From Tubiluchus corallicola (lineage: Eukaryota > Animalia > Priapulida): a stretch of DNA of 64,000 nucleotides. The stretch is taken from the NCBI GenBank assembly GCA_030141605.1, contig JAQGDQ010000002.1:2914001-2978000 (forward strand), given 5' to 3'. A model generated the notes under the pieces. That model ran no database searches, was not told the DNA's origin, and saw only the letters and a program-made list of their open reading frames with translations. This document shows, in pieces, positions 1 through 10,765 of the stretch (its first letter is position 1; every line of letters starts with the position of its first letter). The translations under genes were made by a program, and so were the position numbers.

Positions 1-2
1 AA

Positions 3-3000
3 GCTAATGGCCTTGAAGAGAAACACTTTGCTGCATCGCTGGGCCCAGCTTTATCTGGAAAAGCAGCCCAGGCTTTTCAACAAGTGCCACTTGACAGCAT
101 GCAAGATTACAATGTTTTAAAGAAGACTTTGTTAGCTGCCTATGTCCTCTCCAATGACATGTATCTTGAGCGTTTCCGCAAGATTACTCGGACACCGGAT
201 GAAACATTCCGTCAGCTTTTTGTACGGCTTGATCGTGCCCTGCAAGAATGGCTGAAAGCCGAAGAAGCGTCCACCTTTGAGAACGTTTCTGAACTGCTAT
301 GTATTGAGCAGGCCCTTACATTGATGCCCCGTGAAATGAGCATTTGGGTCAGGCAGCAAGGGCAGAAGACAATGGAAAAGGTGGCAGAGAAAGCTGATTT
401 GTACATTGCTTCTAATGCATTAGGTACGGCTTCAAAACTTAAACAAATGCAACAACAGCGTGGAAATTCTAGGCCGGCAGTTTTTTTAAATGGTTCTGGA
501 AAAAAGATGAACAATGACGTCATGAAGAAGATACGCTGTTATGCTTGTGGAGAGCTTGGACACAAAAGGACCCAGTGCCCGAAACGCCCTAATTATGGTG
601 AAACTAGTGGCAAGAGTAGAAATCCTAGTCGTCAATTCTTGGCCAAGACAGGAAATACTGGTCACCGATCCAGTCACTCTACCAGTTCACCTGCGGCTAT
701 GCCTGAGTGTGTGCCTGAGTCTGATGAGTTTAGCTTTAAAGCTAAAATTAATGGTATCTGGATCGATGGTATAAGAGATTCTGGTGCTAGCGTGAGTTTG
801 ATCCAACCACGTTATGTCCGTCCAGAACAGTTTCTACAAAGTGAAAATTGTACCAAAATTTGGTGTGTGCATGGTGATGCTAAAAATACACGTATAGCTG
901 TTGTTGAGGTGGAATGTACGCTAGTCAATGGTAGATTGAGAGTGGCAGTGTCTGATAGTCTTCCTGTGCCCTTTTTGCTAGGTAATGATTACCGAACTGC
1001 TGTGACACCATTTAACATTAAAAAGAGTTTTAGTACACCACCTAAGTCAGTTGATTTAGAATGTATCCTACCTGAAAATTCAGATACGTCACATTGTTCT
1101 GATGAACTTGTGAGTGGAAATACAAAAGTCGCGAAACAAGCTGGTAATTCGAAAAAAGCTTTTGCAGTAACCCGATCAAAAGCAAAGCAGCTACAAGCAG
1201 AAGCTAACAGTGAGAAAAAATTACTAAGTAGTTTAAACGCTGACCAAAAAGCGGAAAAAAATGTTGCATCTGGCGTAGATACTAAAGCACAGCAACAGCA
1301 GCTGTCACAGCTTAGTAAAGAACAATTGCAGCAAGAACAGCGCGATGATGTTAGTTTGCGCAATTTACGTGATCACGCAGTCACAGAAACAGTAGCTCGT
1401 GCCCAAAGAAAGGGTTACTTCATTAAAGATGGGGTTTTATATTACCTGACACGTGAAAAGCGCGATGCTGAACCCCGCGAACTTTTGGTTGTACCCAAGT
1501 CTAGACGTTTGGCAGTCTTATCTTTGGCACATGATGCGCACATGGCTGGTCACCTGGGCATCCGTAAAACTACCCAACGTGTTTTACAAGAATGTATTTG
1601 GCCTAGAGTTAAACGTTCAGTGATACAATATTGCCGCTCGTGTGCCCCATGTCAGAAAACGGCGAGAATTAAACGTTCCGATAAAGCAAAATTAAAGCCA
1701 TTGTCCATACCTTCGATTGCATTTCGGACTATAGCCATGGATATTATTGGGCCTATGAAGAGAACACCCTCGGGGAATAAGTACGCGTTAGTAATAATAG
1801 ATCATGCTACGAGGTACCCCGATTGCTACCCGCTGCCAAATATTGAAACCACTACTGTTGTTAAAGCTTTATTGCAATACATATGTCGACACGGCATCCC
1901 GCGTGAGATTTTAACCGACAGAGGTACTCAATTCACATCACAGTTAATCCATGATTTAGAACAGGCCTTGGGTGTAAAGGGAATTTTCACTTCCCCATAT
2001 AACCCACAGGGGAATGGGTTAACTGAGAGATTTAATGGCTCATTAAAATCCTGCATTTTAAAGGTCATGCAAAATGAGAAACATTTACCCTGGGATGAAA
2101 CTATTCCGTTTATTTTATTTGCTTTCCGGGAAGTACCCCAAGAATCCACTGGGTATGCCCCATTTCAGTTAGTTTATGGTTTTCCCGTGCGTGGGCCTTT
2201 GGCTGCCCTAAAGGAACGTTGGGGCTCTGTAGAAGCTCCTAAGTGGGAGGAAATTGATGATTACGTGACTCGCATAATTAACACTGTAGAAGAGTCAACT
2301 GCTGATGCCCATGAAGCTTTGCAAAAAGCTAAAATATCACAGAAAAATTGGTATGATAAAACCACTTTAGAACGCTCGCTTGAAATAGGGCAAAAAGTTC
2401 TTGTTTTAATGCCTGAAGGTAGAAGCAAAATGCAAAAGCGCTATCGTGGCCCCTTTACAGTTGTTGATAAATTGTCTGATTGGACATATAAAATACATTT
2501 AGGAGGCAAAAGTGCACGCAAACGCGATACAAGAACATATCATATCAACATGTTGAAACCATTTGTTGAACGCGACGAGCACATGGTTTTGTTTGCAAAG
2601 TGTGAGGAATTTAGTACAACGTCACTAGACAGTGTTTTGTCTGAAGGTGGTTGTGGTAATGTGAAGATGGATGAGCAGGAGGAAAATGAGTGTTCATTGA
2701 AACTTCCTGAATATGCATTCCCGCCTTCTGCCTCACCCACCCAGTCTCTCAATGATGTAGCATATGACTCTCATCTCAATGATGAGCAGATCGGTCAGTT
2801 GGCAGCAGTACTTGCAGAATTTTCAGAGATGTTCACCGATCTTCCCGGGCGCACTGAATTAGTTCAACATCGTATTACTCTAACAAATCCTACGCCAGTT
2901 AGACAGAGGCCATACCGAACTCCTCATGCTCGCAGAGAGGTTATCAGAAAAGAATTAGAAGAGATGCAGAAATTACAAGTGATACGCAGATCTAATTCTG

Positions 3001-4157
3001 AATTTTCTTCACCAGTTGTCCTGGTACCAAAAGAAGACGCTGCATCAGGTTTTCGTTTCTGTATAGATTATAGGCTTTTAAATGCTCAAACGGCTTTCAA
3101 TCACTATATCATGCCTCGGGTAGATGACATCGTGGACGGCATGCATGGCGCTCTGTGGATAACCACATTAGATCTTTCAAAGGCGTACTGGCAAATAAAA
3201 CTCGCCGAAGAATCCCAAGCCTACTCTGCTTTCGTTACAGAATTCGGAAAATTCGAATTCGTTGTGATGCCTTTTGGCCTTGTCAATAGTGCACAAACCT
3301 GTCAAAGCTTGGTAGACAGGGTGTTAGAAGCTGCAGAGGAATATGCCCACGGATACATTGATGACATCATGATCAAATCAAACACTTGGCAATCCCATCT
3401 GCAACATATTCGGTTGGTATTAGCCCTGCTACGACGTGCTGGTCTTACACTTAAACCAAAGAAGTGCAACTTCGCCCAAACTGAGACCAAATTTCTCGGA
3501 TATGTTGTTGGAAAGAATCGCTTACGCCCACAGGTCGAGAAGATTCAAAAGATTCATGAAACCCCTCGTCCTCAGACCAAAAGACAAGTACGAGCTTTCC
3601 TCGGTTTAATCGGTTTTTATCGACGGTTTATTCCGATGTTTAGTTCTATTGCGGTACCCTTGTATGCACTGCTTGAGAAAAATGCACCTGTACACGTTGA
3701 CTGGAATGAAGAGTGTGAACGCAGCTTTTTAGAACTGCGCACTGCACTAAACTCAGACACGGTGCTTCACTCACCTGATTTTTCGCAGAAATTCGTTCTA
3801 ACAACTGATGCTTCATTTAGTGGTATTGGTGGAGTGCTGACACAAGTACAGAGTGAGTTAGGTGAGGTGCCAATTACACATGTGAGCAGAAAGTTAACTA
3901 CGTGTGAACGAAATTATAGTGTTGTGGAAATTGAGTTGTTGGCAGTAGTGTATTCTGTAACTAAGTTACGTTACTACTTAGAAGGTCATGAGTTCATAGT
4001 ACGAACTGACCAACGTAGTTTGCTAGCACTTCCACGCATGAAGAGAAATAATCGCCGCCTTTGTACATGGGCGCTTATTTTGCAAGAATTCCACTTTATT
4101 GTAGAGAATATTGCTGGAAAAGATAATATTGTAGCAGATTCTCTTTCACGCCTATGA
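3..4157 (+). CDS. Gag-Pol polyprotein (SCAN-like gag, CCHC knuckle, aspartic protease, integrase, reverse transcriptase, RNase H); 5'-partial
   Basis: The frame is open from base 3 (ANGLEEKHFAASLGPALSGKAAQAFQQV...), so the true start lies left of the window. Motifs: CYACGELGHKRTQC at 537-578; protease DSG at 777; integrase HDAHMAGH...CRSCAPC plus D, D(1917) and E(2025), a D35E spacing; GPF motif; RT RQRPYR, FCIDYR, LDLSKAYWQ, MPFGL and YIDD (3354); RNase H TDAS (3804) and ADSLSR. No stops or frameshifts. Confidence 0.95.
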   Translation, partial: ANGLEEKHFAASLGPALSGKAAQAFQQVPLDSMQDYNVLKKTLLAAYVLSNDMYLERFRKITRTPDETFRQLFVRLDRALQEWLKAEEASTFENVSELLCIEQALTLMPREMSIWVRQQGQKTMEKVAEKADLYIASNALGTASKLKQMQQQRGNSRPAVFLNGSGKKMNNDVMKKIRCYACGELGHKRTQCPKRPNYGETSGKSRNPSRQFLAKTGNTGHRSSHSTSSPAAMPECVPESDEFSFKAKINGIWIDGIRDSGASVSLIQPRYVRPEQFLQSENCTKIWCVHGDAKNTRIAVVEVECTLVNGRLRVAVSDSLPVPFLLGNDYRTAVTPFNIKKSFSTPPKSVDLECILPENSDTSHCSDELVSGNTKVAKQAGNSKKAFAVTRSKAKQLQAEANSEKKLLSSLNADQKAEKNVASGVDTKAQQQQLSQLSKEQLQQEQRDDVSLRNLRDHAVTETVARAQRKGYFIKDGVLYYLTREKRDAEPRELLVVPKSRRLAVLSLAHDAHMAGHLGIRKTTQRVLQECIWPRVKRSVIQYCRSCAPCQKTARIKRSDKAKLKPLSIPSIAFRTIAMDIIGPMKRTPSGNKYALVIIDHATRYPDCYPLPNIETTTVVKALLQYICRHGIPREILTDRGTQFTSQLIHDLEQALGVKGIFTSPYNPQGNGLTERFNGSLKSCILKVMQNEKHLPWDETIPFILFAFREVPQESTGYAPFQLVYGFPVRGPLAALKERWGSVEAPKWEEIDDYVTRIINTVEESTADAHEALQKAKISQKNWYDKTTLERSLEIGQKVLVLMPEGRSKMQKRYRGPFTVVDKLSDWTYKIHLGGKSARKRDTRTYHINMLKPFVERDEHMVLFAKCEEFSTTSLDSVLSEGGCGNVKMDEQEENECSLKLPEYAFPPSASPTQSLNDVAYDSHLNDEQIGQLAAVLAEFSEMFTDLPGRTELVQHRITLTNPTPVRQRPYRTPHARREVIRKELEEMQKLQVIRRSNSEFSSPVVLVPKEDAASGFRFCIDYRLLNAQTAFNHYIMPRVDDIVDGMHGALWITTLDLSKAYWQIKLAEESQAYSAFVTEFGKFEFVVMPFGLVNSAQTCQSLVDRVLEAAEEYAHGYIDDIMIKSNTWQSHLQHIRLVLALLRRAGLTLKPKKCNFAQTETKFLGYVVGKNRLRPQVEKIQKIHETPRPQTKRQVRAFLGLIGFYRRFIPMFSSIAVPLYALLEKNAPVHVDWNEECERSFLELRTALNSDTVLHSPDFSQKFVLTTDASFSGIGGVLTQVQSELGEVPITHVSRKLTTCERNYSVVEIELLAVVYSVTKLRYYLEGHEFIVRTDQRSLLALPRMKRNNRRLCTWALILQEFHFIVENIAGKDNIVADSLSRL

Positions 4158-4803
4158 GTGGGTAATTCCAACCACTAAAGCTCAAGTTAGGTGATTAAAG
4201 ATCACCCGTGACCAGTTTGAAATATTTTTCTTTTACATTATATGAAGCCTAATGTTTCTTTTACACTATTGAAGCCAATTCATTAGAAATGAATTACAAA
4301 TAATAAAATTTTGTTGCGAAATTAATTTAATGTATTCGCAATGCCATCTAGGAGTGGTAATAGAAAACATGTATAGTGATGTGTTGTTGTATTGTATTAT
4401 TTTAACCTTGTTAGGCTGGTTAATAGTAAAAGTGTTTCTTCTTTGTTTAAAACAATACAGTGTTTTATTTTTAGTTTATTCATTTATTTTGAAACCAAGA
4501 TTTGAACCTTGCGTTGTAAGCTTAAGAGTAAACAAATACTGTATTATCTGATATGTAATTATTTCATGAGTGAAGAAATTCACAAAGATTTGTTGATGAA
4601 GACTGTGATTGAGTATTGTATTTTTTGTCATTCACATTAGTTATTTTTGTTCTATTATTGTGATCATGATTTCTTGATCATGAATATGTATCATGATTTC
4701 TTGTGTAACTAGTTTATTGCCCTGACCTATTGTGTTAAAAGTCTTGATATCACATTTTAGTAAAAAAATTTGATGGATCAAGCTTTTGTAACGGAGGATG
4801 CTA

Positions 4804-5806
4804 TGTGACGCTCAGGCTTATTTTAGGCCAGGTTATGTAACTAGTTCCTACTGTTATAATTCCACCATTAATTATTGTCAATCTTTATAAAAGAAGTTTA
4901 GTTAAACTGTTTAATGATATAAGGCTAGAAGCCAACTTGTTCTGAAATCAGATTTCACCTGTACATTCAATGATACTGTTTATGCATTACTACTATATCA
5001 TGTGACTGAAGCCACGTAGACGAAATTTTGGCTGTTCAGTTCGCCCAGGTATTCCGCTTTAAGTTGGCGAGTTAAGCGGACGTTCACATGTCATAAAATG
5101 ATGGTTTAGTAGTAATAGTGCTTGCTTGTAGAAAAGCGATCTGTCTACCTGGTTACGACAGAGACGATAGTTGCATTCTAGCGATGATACTTACCTGTTG
5201 CTGATTATATTTTCCTGACGCTGATGATACATCACTTACCAGTTGTCGATCTGCTGCTGATGGTACTTACCCGTATTTACCTGACTTTGATGATACTGTC
5301 GTTGGTGCTTCCATGCTGTGATTGCGGAATTGGTAATCCTTGCCTTGCGGCGAGTGCGGGAGCTTGGATGCAACCCTGTTTTGGCGTCGTGTAAGTGGAG
5401 GCGTGTGCATAGGGAGTCGTCCGGGTTTGGAGACATCGTCGTCCACGTGGTCAGATCCATCAAGAGGTGGTGTGGTTGGCCGTTCTGTGGTGCACCCTCC
5501 CTCGATCGGGCCCCTGGTGGTGAGATGGCGCGGAAGGTTAGCGGGAGAATGGTCGCTTGATGATGCAAAGACTGCACTGGTGAAAAACATTACGTTGTTC
5601 TTTCTCTTCTTAGCCGGCTTAGTCTTTATTATTAACAGTTGTCTCGTAATGTGTTTTGAAACATTCATTAAATTGTTATATTATTTTATTAATTCAGTGG
5701 TTTCTTCACAGTGTTTTCGACTAAGTGTTTTATTCTTTACCTAAGGGTTACACTTAAGTCACAAACCACATATTTACAATAACGGAACTTAGACTACATC
5801 GTCACA
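4804..5806 (+). repeat. 3' LTR of the Gmr1-like element (1003 bp)
   Basis: Starts TGTGACG immediately after the purine-rich AACGGAGGATGCTA and ends CGTCACA, a perfect 7-bp terminal inverted repeat with TG...CA ends. Contains TATAAAA near 4886 and ATTAAA near 5667. The partner LTR and left target-site duplication are outside the window. Confidence 0.85.
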
Positions 5807-6566
5807 GCCTTTCTGGTTCAACTTAATATAGATTTCTCAACCAGTTCCCCCAAAATGTTTTACAAGAAGTCTTGCAACGTCATTCAAGAAAGTATTATGA
5901 GACAAAACCGAAGTCAAGTTTAAGCATCACATTTGTATTCCAGTTTTAGAAAGTTATCATTTTTTACTCGTTTAGAGTTTGGAAGATGACACAAAATCAG
6001 AGCTAATGGTATTTTATTAAAAAGTTCCAAAAGGTTCCAAAAATACATTGCTAAAAATCCACTATGCATTCAACAAATAAATAAATTTATCATTGTGGGT
6101 TACATCTCTAAATTTGTTAACAGTGAATATTAATTGGACTAGCACACAGTGGTACGTTTTTTAAAATGGCGTAATCAGTTAAAAAAATTTAAACTGTTTT
6201 GGACTGGATATTGCATTGCACGCTCACAACGTCATGACTGCACGCACTGCTTTCGCGTACTGGCAATAATTTACAGCCATAATGGCGCAATTTAATAAGA
6301 ATGGATTTATGACGAAATTTGTTTTATGAAAAGACCACCCGCGGGAGCGTTAGTTCATATTAATTTTCTGAGGTCACATTGAGAATCTCTTGACACGGCC
6401 ATGAATTAAAACGCGTAATTTGCTTGTCACATGACGAAAATAGACAAACTTTTAATAAATTTTAAGCAGTGATTAAGTTCCAAACTCATTGCAAAGTTGC
6501 TGTAGTGCGATTACATCTACACTTCTTAATAGGAGAATGTGTCCTAAGTTTTTATTACTTACATTA

Positions 6567-7062
6567 TTAAACTTAACCTTATTTGCTGCTACTATCATTT
6601 CGAAGAAAGTGACGTCGACTGCAAAACTAACGTGTTTACGTTATACAGTTATCAAACACAGCTAAATTGAATTAACAGCGAGCGAAAATCTGAAGTTCCC
6701 GAAACTTCGATCAGCAAATCAAGCGTAGCGTTTGGAAACGCGGTATCGTTTTATTGAAAAAGACGTTGAATTCCGCATTGATGAATGAACTCGGGATCAA
6801 AATCCATGATGATGTGACAGTTTCTTAATTGCATGTATAGCCCATCTATAACGCAAAAACATGGAAATCCATAAACCGTTTCAAAAATACGCGTCTATCT
6901 GCTTAAGCTTGACGTCCCTATCTGCAATAAGATTTCAAGCGAAAGATGAATTTATATCAGTTGATTGAAAATTCCCCAAGTTTCACTGTAGTTGATTAGA
7001 ACAGTTAAAAATAAACACGCGAGTTCCATTTTTGTCGTTTAATCCGATTATGTTAAGCTTAG
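6567..7062. mobile_element. Old, degenerate MITE-like inverted-repeat element
   Basis: Ends TAAACTTAACCTTAT and ATTATGTTAAGCTTA are reverse-complementary; 6616-6670 is loosely reverse-complementary to 6981-7038 (shared CGTGTTTA and ATCAA..ACAG blocks). Confidence 0.4.
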
Positions 7063-9124
7063 CACAAAACAAGCTAGCTGGCAGTTTTTCTGATATTGCC
7101 AATTTTGCGTTTAATGAGACATAGCTAGTTACTATAAATTTCAGGATGGGATTTAGCGGCCCGACAGAGCTTTTCTGAATGAAAAATAATTAGTTATGTT
7201 TAGAAGATGTACGCTAAATATTGTAGGAAAAACGTGGGAACTACTTTTCGTCAAACTGATATGCGCTTTTTTCAACGTTCAGCGTATTAGTCCGAAGAAC
7301 ATCCTCTACTAGAATTATGATGATCACCATTATCACATCAAGCAAATTCAAAAAATGTACAATGTATCAAATTATAGGATAATTCCACAAAAAGCCGGAT
7401 ACAGGGGCCATTAGCAAGTTATATCAAACCAAACCATGACATTTTATTCTGGGGAATAACCATTACCAAGCAAACGTTTTGACTGGTGCTCAGCTTAATG
7501 CAAAGAGCAATTTGTGCTTGAAATAATAACCGAGAATGATGATTATCCAGCTATTTGTACAATGATTTTGCACGAAGAAAGACGGTTGTTATGGTTAGAT
7601 CGCTGTGGTTGCCGCTGCCGGTCTTGCAAAGATGGCGCCCCCAATACATAAATGCAGAAATTTTTAGGTTAGTTCTTGAACCGCACACTAAGAGCAAAGT
7701 GACCCTAAAATTACGCTAATAATTTGTAATTTCGTAAAATTATGTTGGCAGTTTGCTACCTTATTAGACATTATCAGCACCTCGTCTGGTTTTTAGTAAC
7801 CATACATATGTAAAATATTAATAAAAGACTTATAGTAACACTTGTCTCAACAGTAACACCATCTCTTTCAGACGAATGTTAGCACTCAGTTTTTGAAAGT
7901 CAACAATGCAAATGGTGATTTGAGACCAATGTTGCCTAACTTTGTTAATTAATTCTGAACAAGGAGTGACGCCGTGATGCATGAGTTACCTCATAAATGT
8001 TTAATGCACGTACAAATTGGCAGCCTTAAGGGCAGGAGCATGTCTCAACTACCATGTAATGCTAATTTTAATTTCAATTTACTATAAGAAATAGATATAC
8101 CGGCGCCAGATATGTCAGTTCCAGATCCCAAATGGAGTCAAGATGTAATTTTATTTTGCTGACACTATTTTAACAATTTTGGACCTCGATCTCAATCATA
8201 ACAATGTTGAATGACGGAGGACGTACAGCTCGCATCACATTATACGTTGCATAACAAAATAGTTAAAAAATTAATGTCAAACACATTATCAGCCCGTTTA
8301 AAACTGGTCAGTTTTTTCGTAAGAATATCGGTTTGAGCAAAGCTCTCTCTACAAAATACATCTTGACTAAATAATATTTATCGGCAAGACCCCGGTCCCA
8401 ATGGTCCTAGCCGGAACTACCTCATTGACGAGCAAGTTGTTTCACGCATTTTCTGCACAATATCACAAGAGTTTGTGAATAATAACAGTCTATTGAGAGC
8501 ACCTGCTAGAGCGGCTATAATGGCCGTAATTATTGGTAATCATCATCTGCGCGCACAATAATATTTTCTCCCAAAACACTCAACATCGACCAAGAAAAGC
8601 AGCAATTTTCTTTAGCGCGTCTACTCTGCAATTTCTACGGAAAACTATGCCAAAAGTTAAGCTAAGTTGGATGTATAGACAGAGAAATATTAATGAGATG
8701 TTAATGTACTGTGACTTAACAATCAAGTAAACAGTCACTATAATTAATTTTCTTGCTGTTTTTGATTGCTGTTCTCTATAGTCGCTTGAACAGGTCATAG
8801 TATCTATAACAGAAATTTCTGCATTTTGAAAATTGTGTAGTCGTAGGCGGTTTATATGCGTCTTTCCAACAATTTATACAGACGGGCCTGAGTAAGTTAC
8901 AATTCATTTCATAAATGGTAAATTGTGGCACTACAAAGTTTTATGACGTGTGCTTGCGGACCGAGCTTTTATTCTTAACAATGTAATCTGTGTCGGTCGT
9001 CCCAACTACGTTTCTGTACGCATCATGACGTGATGGCTTATCTACACGTTAATGTGATGGTCGAGTTTTCTAAACTTTGAAAAGAGACTACAGAGTGAAC
9101 CATATCAAATTCCAATATACTTAC

Positions 9125-9812
9125 TCTTTTCCACAGTCTTGGAATTTCTTTTAGTCGTATTCTGTTGTTGATGAAGACGTCGTAAACGCCATTCACGGCC
9201 AACACAGTTATACCTTGCTCTTTGGTTAAAAGACTCGCTGCCGTCGACAACAGCATCAAAACTATGTACGTCCATCTTTTGTATGCCGAAGTTTTTATAA
9301 GAGGCCATACATTACAGTTCTTATCACAACTATTACTGTTTGTACCATTACTATCACATCGACTGCATTGACTATGCAATTCTCGTGATGTCACTAGCAG
9401 TTTGTGGTCACGCAGGTCACAATAACGTGCATAAAAAATGAAAGACAAAAGAAAAAAGAAGCAAGCTCCAACGTCAGCACGACCAACCACCCCCGCAACG
9501 GCTTCGGTGTGTATTGGATGGACTGCAAACAATGTTCCCGCTACTAAAGTCGGCAGTGTCTGATGTAAGAGCTTTCTGGCCAGATGTGTGAACAAGCCAG
9601 TTACAATGGAATGTAAAAACACGTTTGTTAAGTGGTATCCACACGGTTTTAGTCCAGAGAGATAATAATTCAAACGAAAGCTGAGAACGCATAGAGGCCT
9701 GTAGGACTTGTGGCTACCGCTGTGGTTCAGTGGTGTACCCCAGAAGTCGTTGAGGAAGATACTGGTGATGGGAGTTTCCGGCCGCAGATCTTGATTCGTC
9801 TTGATAGCCCGA
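9125..9812 (-). CDS. TMTC2: Protein O-mannosyltransferase TMTC2-like, coding exon 2 (688 bp)
   Basis: Encodes RAIKTNQDLRPETP...NDFWGT...HSGSHKSYRPLCVLSFRLN...YHLTNVFLH...HPIHTEAVAGVVGRADVGA...KEQGITVLAV...YDVF, matching the TMTC2 membrane domain. Acceptor is ttcttttgtttacag|T; donor is AGA|gtaagtat. Entry phase 2, exit phase 0. Confidence 0.93.
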
Positions 9813-10640
9813 CTGTAAACAAAAGAAAAACACTTAAGCACTTCTACAAAATACTATGCAAGCACCAATTTTACATAATACATTTACAGTTTTATATAGT
9901 TTTATATTTTTTAAATCAATCCATGCGAATTATGGACTTACCGTCATCAGCAACATTTGAATTAACAAGATTACTGGCTAATCGCATTGTCTATTCTGCC
10001 AAGACTAGTCAATAAACGAAGCGCACTTTTTCATAAACTAATAATAAAACTAAAAGGTAGAAAAAAATTTGCAAAGTCATGGAATAATGTAAAATGCCGT
10101 GTAATTTATCTTACGAAGCGTCTCAATAACTGTGGCACACAATACAAATTTCTAGTTTTAGTCATTCAATATCAGCAATACCGGAAACATCCCAGCAATC
10201 AAAGTGACTGATAGTGCGGTAGCGACAACGATTACTATCAATACAATCAGTCTAACACAACAATAATTGCGTTATCGATTGGTTCTACTAAAGATTACCA
10301 CTCTTGCTAGGATAGAATAACATCAACAAATACTGCCAGTCTACTCGCCAGACAGAAGCCTAGATGTCGAACATGTTTGCTTAGCCTGCTTTCATAACGG
10401 CTATAGAATTGTGCAGGGGATAAAATATTCATGCAATCTTGCCATGTTTGTTGACATTTGACAGATTTTTCATTGATAAATGGATGGTATCTTGCGTTGA
10501 ATATAAAACGATGAGCGGGGCAGTTATTCCTTTTATAAGACGGCAGAAAGCAAGCAAGAATAAAGAAGCTAATAAGCAGAAGAGAGAGGGAAAGAGTGGA
10601 GAACGAGGGGGCAGAAGAGAAAAATGAAAAGAGGAAGGAC

Positions 10641-10658
10641 AGAGAGAGCGAGAGAGAC

Positions 10659-10737
<79 letters not shown>

Positions 10738-10765
10738 GAGAGAGGGGGGAGGGGAGGGAGAGAGA
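10641..10765. repeat. (AG)n microsatellite
   Basis: Directly visible; source of the spurious ER/SL-repeat ORFs. Confidence 0.97.

Larger units (their letters stand above)
1..5806 (+). mobile_element. Gmr1-like Ty3/Gypsy LTR retrotransposon, 5' end cut off by the window edge, inserted antisense in TMTC2 intron 2
   Basis: Continuous gag-pol ORF to 4157, an AT-rich 3' UTR, a purine-rich tract at about 4790-4803, then an LTR bounded by TGTGACG...CGTCACA. The order PR-IN-RT-RH with Gypsy-type RT motifs defines the Gmr1 clade. Confidence 0.93.

Noticed and set aside
4330-4551. Hydrophobic ORF after pol as an env-like gene
   Set aside because: Only 73 aa, explained by T-rich 3' UTR composition; no envelope motifs.
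5187-5197. U1 snRNA gene or pseudogene
   Set aside because: The match stops after 11 nt; no U1 stem-loops or Sm site follow.
5318-5560. ORF starting MIAELV, like the human TMTC2 N-terminus
   Set aside because: Coincidence: wrong strand, GTG start, inside the LTR, and no further similarity. The real exon 1 is at 54624-54709.
5807-9124. TMTC2 exon 3
   Set aside because: No minus-strand segment encoding the expected RL..MG..PP.F...DNP motif was found; it presumably lies beyond the left edge.
9038-9841. 267-aa ORF taken as a complete gene
   Set aside because: Its start and stop are intronic read-through; only 9125-9812 is exonic, as shown by the splice sites and where homology ends.
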